Shown here: one piece after another, positions 63,934 through 64,000 of the stretch
How positions within the stretch are numbered: the stretch's first letter is position 1
Layout: each line of letters opens with the position of its first letter
NCBI GenBank assembly: GCA_963695095.1
Contig: CAVOFT010000001.1
Coordinates: 1,248,001-1,312,000 of the forward strand
Origin: an uncultured bacterium
GTDB taxonomy: Bacteria; Krumholzibacteriota; Krumholzibacteriia; JACNKJ01
Reading direction: 5' to 3'
DNA length: 64,000 nt
Translations under genes and position numbers: made by a program
Notes under the pieces: generated by a model
Database searches by the model: none
Seen by the model: the letters and a program-made list of their open reading frames with translations, nothing else
Told to the model about the DNA's origin: nothing

Positions 63934-64000
63934 CCCCGCGACCCGCCACGGGCGCGATGACCCGAAGAGCAGCAGCACCGCCTGGGTGGGCGCCATCGGC
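63926..64000 (+). CDS. Start of the next act-operon gene (partial)
   Basis: ATG 63926 overlaps the end of actF, preceded by GGAG; open to the window end (MPSPATRHGRDDPKSSSTAWVGAIG). Confidence 0.4.
   Translation, partial: MPSPATRHGRDDPKSSSTAWVGAIG

Overview
High-GC bacterial chromosomal window. Four secreted proteins with FlgD-Ig/T9SS-like C-terminal domains, an Omp85 protein and an alternative complex III suggest a diderm FCB-group lineage such as Krumholzibacteriota, Latescibacterota or Eisenbacteria (inference). 1-12.7 kb (+): [FeFe]-hydrogenase island with a NuoF/HydB-GltD fusion (5' end cut by the window), HydA, a group C sensory hydrogenase fused to a histidine kinase, a receiver, a receiver-kinase hybrid, and hydE, hydG, an aspartase-like gene and hydF. 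12.8-18.3 kb (-): a convergent group 3d [NiFe] hoxFUYH operon with maturation protease and a receiver, densely frameshifted (probably assembly error). 18.5-47 kb: ftsB-like gene and eno, an ECF sigma/anti-sigma envelope cluster, ispH, four secreted peptidases (zincin, M14, S8, C25/PorU-like), a flippase, DUF4139, transporters and rlmN. 45.6-56.2 kb: three sigma54 activators and two sigma54 promoters. 56.3-64 kb: actABCDEF. Best candidate for an undescribed system is 52.2-56.2 kb: a small secreted precursor peptide, a TPR-(GAF)-AAA+ sigma54 activator, then a sigma54 promoter driving a ~270-nt structured, intrinsically terminated transcript with no long ORF. This looks like a possible peptide quorum-sensing circuit ending in a small RNA. 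No rRNA, tRNA, CRISPR or transposase was seen. All calls come from reading motifs by eye; no searches were run.
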